Below are positions 8,459 through 18,569 of a stretch of 64,000 bases of DNA, piece after piece (positions within the stretch are counted from its first letter, which is position 1; each line of letters begins with the position of its first letter). The position numbers were made by a program, and so were the translations under genes. The notes below the pieces were generated by a model that saw nothing but the letters and a program-made list of their open reading frames with translations, ran no database searches and was not told the DNA's origin. The stretch is from Patescibacteria group bacterium (GTDB taxonomy: Bacteria; Patescibacteriota; Minisyncoccia; Phycocordibacterales; Phycocordibacteraceae): assembly GCA_040390125.1 (NCBI GenBank), contig JAZJYZ010000001.1, positions 374,402-438,401 of the forward strand, read 5' to 3'.

Positions 8459-9421
8459 ATGTCACAGTTTCAAGGAGATGCAATTTTCTGGGTGGAGGTT
8501 GAAAAAATACGCCCAAACCAGTATCAGCCACGTACTGAATTTGATGAAGCAAAACTAAAAGATTTGTCTGACTCAATACGCCAGTACGGTATCTTGCAGC
8601 CGCTCATGGTGACACGCTATGAAGAGTCACGAGAAGACGGGGGCCTTTCAACCTACTATGAGCTTATTGCGGGTGAGCGAAGGCTCCGGGCGTCAAAACT
8701 CGCAGGCCTTTCTCAAGTGCCGGTTATTATTCGCTCCACCGAGGAGCAGAGCAGGGTGCGGTTGGAGCTCGCCATCATTGAAAACTTACAACGTGAAGAT
8801 TTAAATGCAATCGATAGAGCACGTGCATTTGATCGTCTGCAAAAGGAATTTAGTTTAAATAATTCCGAGATTGCTGTGAAGGTGGGGAAGAGTCGTGAGT
8901 ATGTTTCAAACTCAATTCGTCTGCTTGCACTTCCCGCCGAGATGCAACAAGCGGTCATTGGGGGCGCTATATATGAAGGTCATGCTCGTGCGCTTTTGAT
9001 GCTGATCGATAGACCGGAAGAACAAAAAACAGTGTTTCGTGACATCATGGTGCGCAAGTTATCGGTGCGTGATGTTGAGAAGATTACTCGTGAAATTGCA
9101 ACTGAGAAAGCACGTAAACGTGACGTCACTCCTGAAATTGAAGCACTTGAGCGTGCATTTGCAGAGTCTCTTGGAACAAAAGTTGAAATTAAAGCCCAAG
9201 AAAAAGGAGGGAAGCTCATTATTGATTTCTTCTCGACGGAAGATTTGGAGGGAATGCTTGCGCACATGGAGCGTCGTGGAATCACACCTCAAGCACAGAG
9301 CACTCTCCCAGAAGCTCCAGAGAAAAGAAACGACATGGTGGATGTTCCCTCAACACTTGCGTCGGTGCCTCCAACCTCCTCAGTTGATGACGGTTTTTCT
9401 CTAGAGCATTTCTCTATTTAG
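8459..9421 (+). CDS. parB: ParB/Spo0J chromosome partitioning protein
   Basis: PNQYQPR, GILQPL, IAGERRLRA, IENLQREDL, HTH and GHARALL. Confidence 0.95.
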   Translation: MSQFQGDAIFWVEVEKIRPNQYQPRTEFDEAKLKDLSDSIRQYGILQPLMVTRYEESREDGGLSTYYELIAGERRLRASKLAGLSQVPVIIRSTEEQSRVRLELAIIENLQREDLNAIDRARAFDRLQKEFSLNNSEIAVKVGKSREYVSNSIRLLALPAEMQQAVIGGAIYEGHARALLMLIDRPEEQKTVFRDIMVRKLSVRDVEKITREIATEKARKRDVTPEIEALERAFAESLGTKVEIKAQEKGGKLIIDFFSTEDLEGMLAHMERRGITPQAQSTLPEAPEKRNDMVDVPSTLASVPPTSSVDDGFSLEHFSI

Positions 9422-10940
9422 ACTGTTCTTTCTTTTTCAAAGTAGCTCGGATGTAGCGTCTGGCGGATGCTGTTTTTGCGTAGTCGAGCCATTTTTTATT
9501 AGGGCTACCGAGCTTCTTTGTTTGTATTTCAACGATATCTCCTTTACGTAGTGGTGTATCAAGTCCTACTAATTTTCCGTTCACTTTGGCACCAGCCATT
9601 AGGTCAACAAGGTTGGTATGCACCGCATAGGCAAAGTCTATTGGAGTTGCTCCTATGGGTAGGTCGATAACGTCGCCTTTTGGTGTAAACACAAACATGC
9701 GTCGTGCAAAAAAATCTTCACGAAGTGCGTCTTGGAATGCTTGTTCGCCCTGAAATTCTTCAGCCGCACTATTCAAATCCGTAAGCCAGCGCGGCGTCGG
9801 TGCAGTTGAAGGCGCATCGGTTTTTTGTCCTCGTGCGACTTTCATCAAAGAAGGGACGAATCGCCACGCCCATGGAATTTTTGATGCATGTTCAGTGCCT
9901 TTGTGTTGATTCTTATATAAAAAATGAGCGGCAACACCAAATTTACTTTCTTGTTGCATTTCTTCAGAGCGAATTTGTATTTCGATGATGAGCTTGTGCG
10001 GAGTGATGATAGTGGTATGGAGCGTCCGGTAGCCATTCGGTTTTGGGCTTGCAATGTAATCCTTGATGCGTCCCGGAATAGGCCTCCAGATGTTGTGAAT
10101 AACCCCGAACACTCGGTAGCAGTCTTCAAGTGTTGGCACAACGATGCGTATTGCAAAAATGTCATACACCTTATCAGGATCGTTGTCTTTGCGGATTAGC
10201 TTTGTTGCAAAGCTGTGCACGTTCTTTACACGTGCTTCCGTTCGGAAATTGCGTATATTCGCTTCCGCAAGTGCTTTGCGGAGGTCGTTTAATGCACGGT
10301 CCAATGCTTCTTTTTCTGTTTCTTTCTTCTCCGTCAAGAATTGATGGATTTTTTTATACCGCTCAGGTTCTAGGGTTTTAAATGCTAAGTCTTCTAGTTG
10401 TGCCTTAATAACACCGATACCGAGCCTCTCCGCAATAGGGACGTACACCTCTTTGGTTTCAAGGGCAATACGCATGCGTTTCTCAATAGGTTCCACGAAA
10501 TGGATTGTTTCCATGTTGTGGAGTCTGTCAGCGAGCTTAATGATGATCACTCGAATATCGTTTGCCGTTGCAACAAGTAAACGGCGTAAACTTTCGACGT
10601 GTCGCTCTACTCCTCGATATTTTAATTTTGAAAGCTTAGTGACGCCCTCAACTAAAAATCGTACTGTGGCGCCGAATTCTTTTTCTATTTCTTCAATAGT
10701 GACGGGTGTGTCTTCAACGGTGTCGTGAAGGATGCCTGCAATGATGGTGTCACGGTCCATTCCAAGTTTCGCAAGTGTCAATGCAATTGCATTAGGGTGG
10801 ATGATGTATGGCTCGCCTGATTTTCTTTTTTCTTCACCGTGCGCCACTTTCGCAAATTCGTATGCATTTTGAATTGCCTTCTGATCTTCCGAAGAGTGGG
10901 ACTGCATTGCGCGTATGATGTCGTCGGTGGGATGAGGCAT
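9414..10940 (-). CDS. relA: (p)ppGpp synthetase/hydrolase (HD-SYN-TGS)
   Basis: RKSGEPYIIHP, LHDTVED, KLADRLHNM, KPNGYRTLHT, EIQIR and TGS domain. Confidence 0.93.
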   Translation of the reverse strand: MPHPTDDIIRAMQSHSSEDQKAIQNAYEFAKVAHGEEKRKSGEPYIIHPNAIALTLAKLGMDRDTIIAGILHDTVEDTPVTIEEIEKEFGATVRFLVEGVTKLSKLKYRGVERHVESLRRLLVATANDIRVIIIKLADRLHNMETIHFVEPIEKRMRIALETKEVYVPIAERLGIGVIKAQLEDLAFKTLEPERYKKIHQFLTEKKETEKEALDRALNDLRKALAEANIRNFRTEARVKNVHSFATKLIRKDNDPDKVYDIFAIRIVVPTLEDCYRVFGVIHNIWRPIPGRIKDYIASPKPNGYRTLHTTIITPHKLIIEIQIRSEEMQQESKFGVAAHFLYKNQHKGTEHASKIPWAWRFVPSLMKVARGQKTDAPSTAPTPRWLTDLNSAAEEFQGEQAFQDALREDFFARRMFVFTPKGDVIDLPIGATPIDFAYAVHTNLVDLMAGAKVNGKLVGLDTPLRKGDIVEIQTKKLGSPNKKWLDYAKTASARRYIRATLKKKEQSK

Positions 10941-11056
10941 TGAATTAGTGTATAGGGTTTAGTGGGCAGTGTATAGCTTTTAAGCACAAAAACATGAAGG
11001 GATGTTTGGAATTGAGTTTGACATCAACTATAAAATGTGATATTTAATTTACACAT

Positions 11057-11233
11057 ATGCCACATGAAGATCGAGTTCCGCCTGGAGTTGGCACATCTGA
11101 AGGTTCTAGGGTGCGTGTCGGGTATTGTGGGTTTTGTGGTTCCGCCGTGTATGAAGATGAATCTTACGAGAAAATCCCCATGGGGATTTTAAGGTGTTGG
11201 CGGGAAGACTATAAAGACGCCTACAAATCTTAA
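11057..11233 (+). CDS. 58-aa Cys-containing microprotein (not in ORF track)
   Basis: MPHEDRVPPG...YCGFCGSAVYEDESYEKIPMGILRCWRED...; TTGACA at 11018 upstream. Confidence 0.5.
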   Translation: MPHEDRVPPGVGTSEGSRVRVGYCGFCGSAVYEDESYEKIPMGILRCWREDYKDAYKS

Positions 11234-11248
11234 TTTGAAAAATTTCAT

Positions 11249-11512
11249 ATGAACACTAAAGTAGAAGGTAAAGGAAATAGACGTGGTTTTCTCGATGTGA
11301 CCGAAAAGATGCTACGACCTTTTCGTATAAAAGTTCTTGAATGGAGAATCAGACAGGTGGGTTTGAGTGCATATGATCTCGCTACATCAAGTTTAAATTT
11401 TTCTCCTGACTCGCAAGAAGTGAAAAGACTTCTCGGGCTGGCTGGTGCTAGATATGATAGGAGGGATCGTTTAACGAGGAAACTTTCCAACCTAAAGGCC
11501 AAAACCTCTTAA
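11249..11512 (+). CDS. Hypothetical basic protein
   Basis: 87-aa ORF filling the gap before the topA stop. Confidence 0.5.
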   Translation: MNTKVEGKGNRRGFLDVTEKMLRPFRIKVLEWRIRQVGLSAYDLATSSLNFSPDSQEVKRLLGLAGARYDRRDRLTRKLSNLKAKTS

Positions 11513-13914
11513 GCGGTTTTCAAAAGCTCTAATGCTTCGGGTATAGTAAGTTTTTCCGGATCCATAGATTCAGGAATGCGTACGTGTTTGAATCCTTTTT
11601 TTAAGAAGAATCCGCTTTTTGATTTGTAGAGATAAATCTTTTTCTTGGTACGTGGGTGTGTTCCTACTTCACGTGCGATTGCAATGCCAGGGCGTCCTTT
11701 CTTTGGCTCTTTTAATATTTCGAGTGCTCGTTCATAAGTAATTCCGTACGGTTCGTCTGCGCCCTTGAGCGAGCGGAAGTCGCCATTGTGTACGATGAAT
11801 GGACCAAATTTTCCGATGGCGGCAGTAATGGGCATACTCGAGTCAGGGTGAATGCCTAATTCTCTTGGGAGCGAAAGGAGTTTCACTGCCTGTTCCATAC
11901 TGATTGTTTCAGGTTGAATATCAGGCGGGATGCTTGCTTTTCTTGTGTCTGGTTTTTTTACTTTCTTTTTCTTCTTCTTACTGTCCACTGTTCCCTGTAC
12001 ACTGTCCACTTTTTCATCCATCTTTTCTCCCATCTCTAGGTACGGACCAAAGCGACCGACTCGAACATGTATTGGATGTCCGGTTTCTGGGTGATTACCG
12101 ATGGACTCACTCTCCTTGATGACTTCACCTTTTTCGGTGCGTGAGCCTTTGCACTCCGGGAATGTGGAGCAACTCATAAACACGCCGGTGCGTGATAATT
12201 TCATTACCATTAAAGCGCCACATAGGGGGCAGGGGAACTCTTTCGGCACATCGCCTAGAGTGGTGAGTTTCGGAATGTCTTCTTTTGATGCAACATCTTT
12301 TGAAAACGGTCCGTAGAAGTCGCTCAGGGTTTTTGTGTATTCACGTTCTCCTGAAGCAATTTGGTCGAGCTCGTCTTCCATTTCTGCTGTAAAAGAATCG
12401 CTAATATATTTTTCAAAGTTTTCTTCCAAAAAGGTTGAAACCACTTCGCCTACTGCGGTCGGATGGAGAGCCCGGCCTATTTTTTCAACATAGCCACGGT
12501 CGACAACAGTTTTTATGATTGATGCATATGTGGATGGTCGGCCAATACCACGCTTTTCAAGTTCTTTCACAAGACCAGCTTCCGTATAACGTGCCGGAGG
12601 TTGAGTGTACTTTTCTTCGCTCTTAATATCTGCCAATGTTAATTTTTCTCCTTTTTTTGCTTCAGGTAAAATCGTTTCTTCACCCTTAGCGTCCGTATCT
12701 GCTCTGAGCCAGCCGTCGAATTGCACTGTGGAGCCAGTGACGCCAAATTCGGGCACGCCTTCCGTGATTGCAGTGATTTTCGCACGGGTCATTATTGCGT
12801 CTGCCATTTGTGAAGCGGTAGTACGTGCGTGAATAAGTGCGTAGAGGCGTTCCTCTTCGTCAGTTGCACCCGCTCTTTTCACAGAAATATCTGTGGGACG
12901 CACTGCTTCGTGTGCCTCCTGTGCGTTTTTACTTTTTGTTTTATAGGTGCGGGCTTCGAGGTAGTTTGCACCATATTCTTTTTTTATGTGAGTTGCGATT
13001 GCGGAGACGGCTACTTCGGCAAGGTTGGTGCTGTCGGTACGCATGTAGGTTATGTGTCCCGCTTCGTAGAGCCTTTGCGCAGTACGCATGGTGCGTGATG
13101 GGGAGAAACCAAGACGTGAGCTTGCCGCTTGTTGTAGGGTAGAGGTCGTGAATGGAGCTTTCGGAGAGCGTTTTACTGGAGAGGAGGTTACATCAGCGAC
13201 AACCCACGCACCTTTCTTTCCGTTCTCTACAATTTTTTCTGCTTCTTCTGCTGTCGCAGGCTCTGTGGAGCACGTTGCGGTAAACGTGTCACCACGAGGT
13301 GTTTGTAGGTCTGCAGTGATGACGAAATATTGGTCGGGCTTGAATGCACGAATTTCCCGCTCCTTTTCGACGAGAATGCGAAGTGCTGGCGACTGCACTC
13401 TTCCAGCTGAGAGACCATAGCGAACCTTTTTCCAAATAAGCCCTGAAAGGTCATATCCAACGAGGCGGTCAAGAACACGCCGTGCTTCTTGGGCTTTTCG
13501 GAGATCTTGGTCAATTTTTCGAGGATGTGCAATTGCTTCTGTTACAGCATCTTTAGTGATTTCATTGAAAACAACACGTTTTGCACCTTTAAGATGTGCC
13601 GCTTCATTTAAGTGCCAGGCAATAGCTTCTCCTTCACGGTCAGGGTCGGTTGCAAGTAGTACTTCGTCAGCTTTTTCTGCAGCGTCTACGATTTTTTTGA
13701 TAACGTCTGCTTTACCGGGAACCGTCACGTAGCGGGGTATAAATCCACCCTCAATGTCTATGGCGTCTTTGCTGGATTTTGGTAAGTCACGCACGTGACC
13801 AACGGACGCAAGCACCTTGTAGCCAGGCCCAAGATATTTTTCTATTGTCTTCGCCTTTGCTGGCGACTCAACAATAACGAGCGTATTTTTTGCACTCAGT
13901 CCTTTTGTTGCCAT
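11509..13914 (-). CDS. topA: DNA topoisomerase I
   Basis: IVESPAKAKTI, ATDPDREGEAI, SAGRVQS, ITYMRTDS, one Zn ribbon, C-terminal GRFGPY repeats. Confidence 0.97.
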   Translation of the reverse strand: MATKGLSAKNTLVIVESPAKAKTIEKYLGPGYKVLASVGHVRDLPKSSKDAIDIEGGFIPRYVTVPGKADVIKKIVDAAEKADEVLLATDPDREGEAIAWHLNEAAHLKGAKRVVFNEITKDAVTEAIAHPRKIDQDLRKAQEARRVLDRLVGYDLSGLIWKKVRYGLSAGRVQSPALRILVEKEREIRAFKPDQYFVITADLQTPRGDTFTATCSTEPATAEEAEKIVENGKKGAWVVADVTSSPVKRSPKAPFTTSTLQQAASSRLGFSPSRTMRTAQRLYEAGHITYMRTDSTNLAEVAVSAIATHIKKEYGANYLEARTYKTKSKNAQEAHEAVRPTDISVKRAGATDEEERLYALIHARTTASQMADAIMTRAKITAITEGVPEFGVTGSTVQFDGWLRADTDAKGEETILPEAKKGEKLTLADIKSEEKYTQPPARYTEAGLVKELEKRGIGRPSTYASIIKTVVDRGYVEKIGRALHPTAVGEVVSTFLEENFEKYISDSFTAEMEDELDQIASGEREYTKTLSDFYGPFSKDVASKEDIPKLTTLGDVPKEFPCPLCGALMVMKLSRTGVFMSCSTFPECKGSRTEKGEVIKESESIGNHPETGHPIHVRVGRFGPYLEMGEKMDEKVDSVQGTVDSKKKKKKVKKPDTRKASIPPDIQPETISMEQAVKLLSLPRELGIHPDSSMPITAAIGKFGPFIVHNGDFRSLKGADEPYGITYERALEILKEPKKGRPGIAIAREVGTHPRTKKKIYLYKSKSGFFLKKGFKHVRIPESMDPEKLTIPEALELLKTA

Positions 13915-14057
13915 CAGCGCACACTAGTACGGGATAAAACGTTCTCTGTCAACAGAGAACGTAAAATTATCAATTTTCAATTACCAATTATCAAGCAACT
14001 TTAAGAATTAATTTTCACGGATGCAGATTTGAAAATTGAAAATTGGTATTTGGAAAT

Positions 14058-14912
14058 TTAGACGTTTCGTCTCACTTCTCCCATTGATTCAGTAATGATT
14101 CCCCGGAGTTCCATTTGTGCTAGAAGGATGTTTGCACTCCCTATCGCTATATCTAAGGTGCGTATTACCTCATCTCGGGGCATTGGCGAGTGCAGTAGTT
14201 CCATAACACGCATCTCTTCTTCTGTGAGTTCAATATTCTTTTGTATCTCTTCTTTTTTCAGGCCGAGCGTATCTAAGATGTCGTCTGCACTTCTGACCGG
14301 TTTGGCTCCAAGTCCCATAAAGAGGTGCCCGCCCGCTCCGCCATCTGAAAATATAGAGTGGGGAACGATGAGGAGTTCTCGATTGTATTCAGTGGCTAAC
14401 CTCGCCGTGATGAGTGTCCCTGATTTCAGGGTGGCTTCTATAATAAGGACCGCATGACTCATTCCCGCCATGAGGCGGTTTCGTTTAGGAAATGTGTAGG
14501 GTGTTGCTCGTTCTTCCGGTTCCATTTCGGACATCAACGCTCCTCCTGCACTGATGATGTCTCTCGAGAGTCCTAGGTGTGCTCGTGGGTACAGCACCTC
14601 TTCAGAGAGACCAGAGCCCGGGACTGCAGTAGTGTGAAGATTGGCAGTGAGTGCAGCTTTGTGAGCAACGCCATCAATGCCGAGCGCCAAGCCTGAAACG
14701 ATTGAGATAGGGTAGCCGGCTAGCCCCTGTATCAAATGCTCGCAAGCATCTTGCCCGTATCTGCTCATACGTCTTGAACCAACCACTGCAAGGAGTTTTG
14801 TTTCAGGTGGTGGTAAGCTCCCTCTAAGATAGAGCGTTTCCGGCGGATCGTTGATCTCCTGTAACAGCGGAGGAAAGCTCTTTGGAGAAAGTTTCCGTAT
14901 TTCTACCGTCAT
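14058..14912 (-). CDS. dprA: DNA processing protein DprA
   Basis: IVSGLALGIDG, FPKRNR, SGTLITA; canonical dprA-topA linkage. Confidence 0.95.
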   Translation of the reverse strand: MTVEIRKLSPKSFPPLLQEINDPPETLYLRGSLPPPETKLLAVVGSRRMSRYGQDACEHLIQGLAGYPISIVSGLALGIDGVAHKAALTANLHTTAVPGSGLSEEVLYPRAHLGLSRDIISAGGALMSEMEPEERATPYTFPKRNRLMAGMSHAVLIIEATLKSGTLITARLATEYNRELLIVPHSIFSDGGAGGHLFMGLGAKPVRSADDILDTLGLKKEEIQKNIELTEEEMRVMELLHSPMPRDEVIRTLDIAIGSANILLAQMELRGIITESMGEVRRNV

Positions 14913-14997
14913 CTTGAAATTATAGCCCGTGTTATTCTGCTGTATGATTTTGCTGTTAAAGCTAAAACCTGTAACCTATAAGCTATAACCTGTTTTT

Positions 14998-16281
14998 ATG
15001 TTGGACATCAAATTCATTCAAGATAATCCGGACATCGTCCGTGCCGCCATTCTCAATAAGAAAGGCAAACCAGTCGACATAGATGAAGTCTTGAAACTGC
15101 ATGAAGAACGCAAGGGTGTTAAGCAGAGAATGGATGAAGTGAATCGGAAAAGAAATGAAGCCGCTACCTCTCGTGATATTGAAACAGGTAAACTTTTAAA
15201 AGAAGAGTTGCAGGCACTCGAAGTGCGTCACGGAGCATTAGAGAAAGAGCTAGTTGCACTTCTTCTCAAGATTCCAAACATTCCATCTCCTGACACACCT
15301 GTGGGAGTAGATGAGAAAGAAAATGTTGTCTTACGTGAAGTCGGCGAGAAAAGAAGCTTTGGTTCTTTTTCACCTCGCCCGCATTTCGAGATAGGGGAGG
15401 CACTCAATATTATTAATACCGAGAAAGCCGGAGCAGTTTCTGGTGCACGCTTCGCCTACATCATGGGAGATTTGGCACTCATGCAATTTGGGCTTCTGAA
15501 CCTTGCGATGAAGGTTCTCACTGACGAGGATATTCTCAAAGGAATTATTGAGCGTTCCGGGTTGAAGGTCTCATCCAAGCCATTCATTCCCGTCATCCCT
15601 CCTTATATGGTGCGTTCCGCTGTGATGAACAGAATGGCACGCCTCGACCCTATAGATGAGAGGTACTATTTCGAGAAAGACGATGAGGTGCTCATTGGAA
15701 GTGCCGAGCATACCTTGGGACCACTCCACATGGATGAGGTTATTCCTGAAGAGTTGTTGCCAATTCGCTACGTTGGCTATTCACCGTCATTTCGTCGTGA
15801 AGCAGGCTCCTACGGCAAAGATACCCGTGGACTTATTCGTATGCATCATTTCGACAAGGTGGAAATGGAGACATTCGCAAAGCCTGAAGAGGGTTATCAA
15901 GAGCAAGACTTCATGGTGGCTATTCAGGAGCATTTTTTGCAACTCTTAGGCTTACCGTACCGTGCGGTATCTATTTGTACTGGCGACATGGGATTTCCTG
16001 ATCATCGGCAGTTCGATATGGAAACGTGGATGCCGGGGCAGAGTGCATACCGAGAAACGCATACATCAGACTACATGGGTGGTTTTCAGGCACGCCGTTT
16101 GAATACAAGAACAAAGCGTGCGGACGGGGGCATGGAGTTTGTGCACATGAACGACGCAACCCTGGTAGCAATGGGACGCACACTCGCTGCGATTCTTGAG
16201 AACTATCAAGAGTCGAATGGCACAGTTCGTGTTCCAAAAGCGCTTCAGCAATACGTAGGGAAGGCTATACTAAAGGCTTAG
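14998..16281 (+). CDS. serS: Serine--tRNA ligase
   Basis: MLDIKFI, FRREAGSYGKDTRGLIRMHHFDKVE, FQARRL. Confidence 0.97.
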   Translation: MLDIKFIQDNPDIVRAAILNKKGKPVDIDEVLKLHEERKGVKQRMDEVNRKRNEAATSRDIETGKLLKEELQALEVRHGALEKELVALLLKIPNIPSPDTPVGVDEKENVVLREVGEKRSFGSFSPRPHFEIGEALNIINTEKAGAVSGARFAYIMGDLALMQFGLLNLAMKVLTDEDILKGIIERSGLKVSSKPFIPVIPPYMVRSAVMNRMARLDPIDERYYFEKDDEVLIGSAEHTLGPLHMDEVIPEELLPIRYVGYSPSFRREAGSYGKDTRGLIRMHHFDKVEMETFAKPEEGYQEQDFMVAIQEHFLQLLGLPYRAVSICTGDMGFPDHRQFDMETWMPGQSAYRETHTSDYMGGFQARRLNTRTKRADGGMEFVHMNDATLVAMGRTLAAILENYQESNGTVRVPKALQQYVGKAILKA

Positions 16282-16286
16282 GTTAT

Positions 16287-17120
16287 ATGCCCAACTCTCC
16301 TCAACCAAAACTTCGTCTCAAAGATAGGCGGCGGAGACTTATGTGGGTTAAGGTTGCCGCCGGAAGCACTGTGGTTGTGGTGTCTCTTGTCCTCATGTGG
16401 TTTGTGGTGCGCCTGCCGGCAATCACTATTGCTTCTGTTGAAGTGAAGGGTACGAGTGCAGTATCGGCAGATGCGTTGAAAAGTATTGCAGAAGAGAAAT
16501 TAAATGGTTCCTATGCATTTTTAATTCCGCATCGAAACTCACTAGTATTTCCAAAACAAAAAATTGAGAGTGCGATTACTGATGCACTTCCTCCGCTAGC
16601 GAAAATAACAATTTCCAGAAATGGTTTCAATGCGCTTACTATCACTGCAGAAGAACGCATGGCGGTTGCTCTGTGGTGTGAAAGCACTTCGGCAGATGTC
16701 GAAACTGTTTCAAGTGATGTAGGTGCCCCTTGTTACAGCATGGATAAGAATGGATTCATTTTTGCATCAGCAGATAATTCTTCGGCACTCGTGCGTTTTT
16801 ATGGAGTCATTCCGGGGACACCTATTAGCAGTACGTATCTCGGTGGTGATTTTGCTTCACTTAACACTTTAGTTACAGACATTGCTTCTTCGATCAACCG
16901 CATCCCGAACTCCGTTGCTGTTGATACTGAATCAAACGATGTAGTTGTAGCACTTAAAGATGGCGGACTGTTGAAATTTGTTCGCACCTCTGACAGGTTG
17001 GCAACGCTCGCAAACATCGCATCTGTTTTCGCTTCTCAGAGCTTCAAAGCTAATAAAGAATTTGAATACGTGGATTTTCGTTTTGGCGATAAGGTATACG
17101 TGAAGTTTAGGGGGCAGTAG
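16287..17120 (+). CDS. FtsQ/DivIB-like cell division protein
   Basis: Basic N-terminus, TM, POTRA-like region, C-terminal EYVDFRFGDKVYVK. Confidence 0.75.
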   Translation: MPNSPQPKLRLKDRRRRLMWVKVAAGSTVVVVSLVLMWFVVRLPAITIASVEVKGTSAVSADALKSIAEEKLNGSYAFLIPHRNSLVFPKQKIESAITDALPPLAKITISRNGFNALTITAEERMAVALWCESTSADVETVSSDVGAPCYSMDKNGFIFASADNSSALVRFYGVIPGTPISSTYLGGDFASLNTLVTDIASSINRIPNSVAVDTESNDVVVALKDGGLLKFVRTSDRLATLANIASVFASQSFKANKEFEYVDFRFGDKVYVKFRGQ

Positions 17121-17192
17121 CAGGAAGCGTTTAGTCTTCAGGGAGGGTCGGAGAAAACTTGACAATAATATCTGATGTAGTAGGGTGCAAGA

Positions 17193-17423
17193 ATGAGTCT
17201 TGAAGGAGTCACAGATGGGAGAGTCGGTCGCAAGAGAGGTTTATTCTCTAGGAAGTTTAAAGAAAAAAAACTCGTGCATCTTCCTTCATCGCGAGAGAGA
17301 TGGCAGGGAGTTCCTAAGCTCTGGAGGATTGCTAAGGAGAAGAGTACCGTCGCTCGCACTTTTGTAGATTATTACAATATACTTACTGGTGAGGTTCAGA
17401 AGGTAACTCATATACATCTTTAA
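17193..17423 (+). CDS. Orphan small basic protein
   Basis: TTGACA(17159)-16-TAGGGT promoter 6 nt before ATG; terminator follows. Confidence 0.55.
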   Translation: MSLEGVTDGRVGRKRGLFSRKFKEKKLVHLPSSRERWQGVPKLWRIAKEKSTVARTFVDYYNILTGEVQKVTHIHL

Positions 17424-17429
17424 AAATCT

Positions 17430-17460
17430 ATCCGCCTTAATTAAGGCGGATTTTTTATTT
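17430..17460 (+). terminator. Intrinsic terminator
   Basis: ATCCGCCTT-AATT-AAGGCGGAT-TTTTT. Confidence 0.8.
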
Positions 17461-17534
17461 AAGCACTACGATTACGTATCGACATACGTAAGAGCATCAC
17501 CCCCCCCAGGCAGGTTTTGTGATAGGCTCGCCCT

Positions 17535-18554
17535 ATGAACCGAGGATTTTGGGACAAACTGCCTAAGCCATTTTTGGTGCTCGCACCTATGGCGGATGTT
17601 ACGGATCCGGCGTTTCGCCGAATCATCGCCAAATACTCAAAACTGTCTGGCAATTCTGTGCAACCTCCGGAGGTTGCACAGAAGGGTGGGCCGGATGTGA
17701 TATGGACGGAGTTTGTTTCTGCAGATGGACTAGTTAGAGCACCTGAAGAGGGAAAGAAAAAACTTCTTGCTGATTTAATTTATTCAGAAGCTGAGCGTCC
17801 AATAGTTGCACAGTTTTTTACTGGCAACCCTGAACACATGGAGAAAACCGCCGAGCTTGCGAGAGAGCTTGGTTTTGATGGTATTGACATAAACATGGGG
17901 TGCCCGGATAAATCAATTGAAAAGCAGAAAGCAGGGGCTGCGATGATGAAAGATCCAGCTCGTGCGAAGGCGGTGATTGAGGGGGCTATAAGAGGTGGTG
18001 GAGGTTTGCCGGTGTCAGTGAAGACAAGGATTGGCTACAACAAAAACGAACTTGATACGTGGCTCCCGCATCTTTTGGAAACTAGTGTTTCTGCAATTAC
18101 TATTCATGCACGTACACGTAAAGAAATGTCGAAGGTTCCTGCAAGATGGGAAGAGGTTGCTCATGCAGTCACCATTCGAAATCGCATAAACCCTAATGTA
18201 TTTATTTTAGGTAACGGGGACATAGTGGACGTTGAGGATGCTCGAGCAAAAATTGAAGAGTCTGGCGCCGACGGCGCCATGCTCGGCCGTGCCATCTTCG
18301 GCAACCCGTGGCTCTTCTCAAATGGCAGACATACGATGTCTGCCATTTCAACTGAAGAACGGTTGCGGGTGATGGTGGAGCACACGAAACTCTATGAAGA
18401 ACTTTTGCCTCACAAGAGTTTCGCTATTATGAAAAAACACTATAAAGCGTATGTGAATGGTTTTGATGGTGCGGCGGAGTTGCGTGGAGAACTCATGAAT
18501 GCACTCGACGCTACTGGTGTAGAGCAAGCGGTAGAGGCATTCCTTCGTAGATGA
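17535..18554 (+). CDS. tRNA-dihydrouridine synthase
   Basis: LAPMADVTD, GIDINMGCP, SVKTRIG, IHART, NGDI, GRAIFGNPW. Confidence 0.95.
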   Translation: MNRGFWDKLPKPFLVLAPMADVTDPAFRRIIAKYSKLSGNSVQPPEVAQKGGPDVIWTEFVSADGLVRAPEEGKKKLLADLIYSEAERPIVAQFFTGNPEHMEKTAELARELGFDGIDINMGCPDKSIEKQKAGAAMMKDPARAKAVIEGAIRGGGGLPVSVKTRIGYNKNELDTWLPHLLETSVSAITIHARTRKEMSKVPARWEEVAHAVTIRNRINPNVFILGNGDIVDVEDARAKIEESGADGAMLGRAIFGNPWLFSNGRHTMSAISTEERLRVMVEHTKLYEELLPHKSFAIMKKHYKAYVNGFDGAAELRGELMNALDATGVEQAVEAFLRR

Positions 18555-18569
18555 TAGAATGAGGCATAT

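Noticed and set aside
8134-8558. ORF-track ORFs over the tRNA-Leu region (and 25985-26191 over the Gln element)
   Set aside because: They overlap tRNA or structured RNA and show no protein-like features
9414-10940. RelA lacking ZFD/ACT domains as a pseudogene
   Set aside because: The ORF is intact through TGS with a normal end; shortened Rel proteins are expected in reduced genomes
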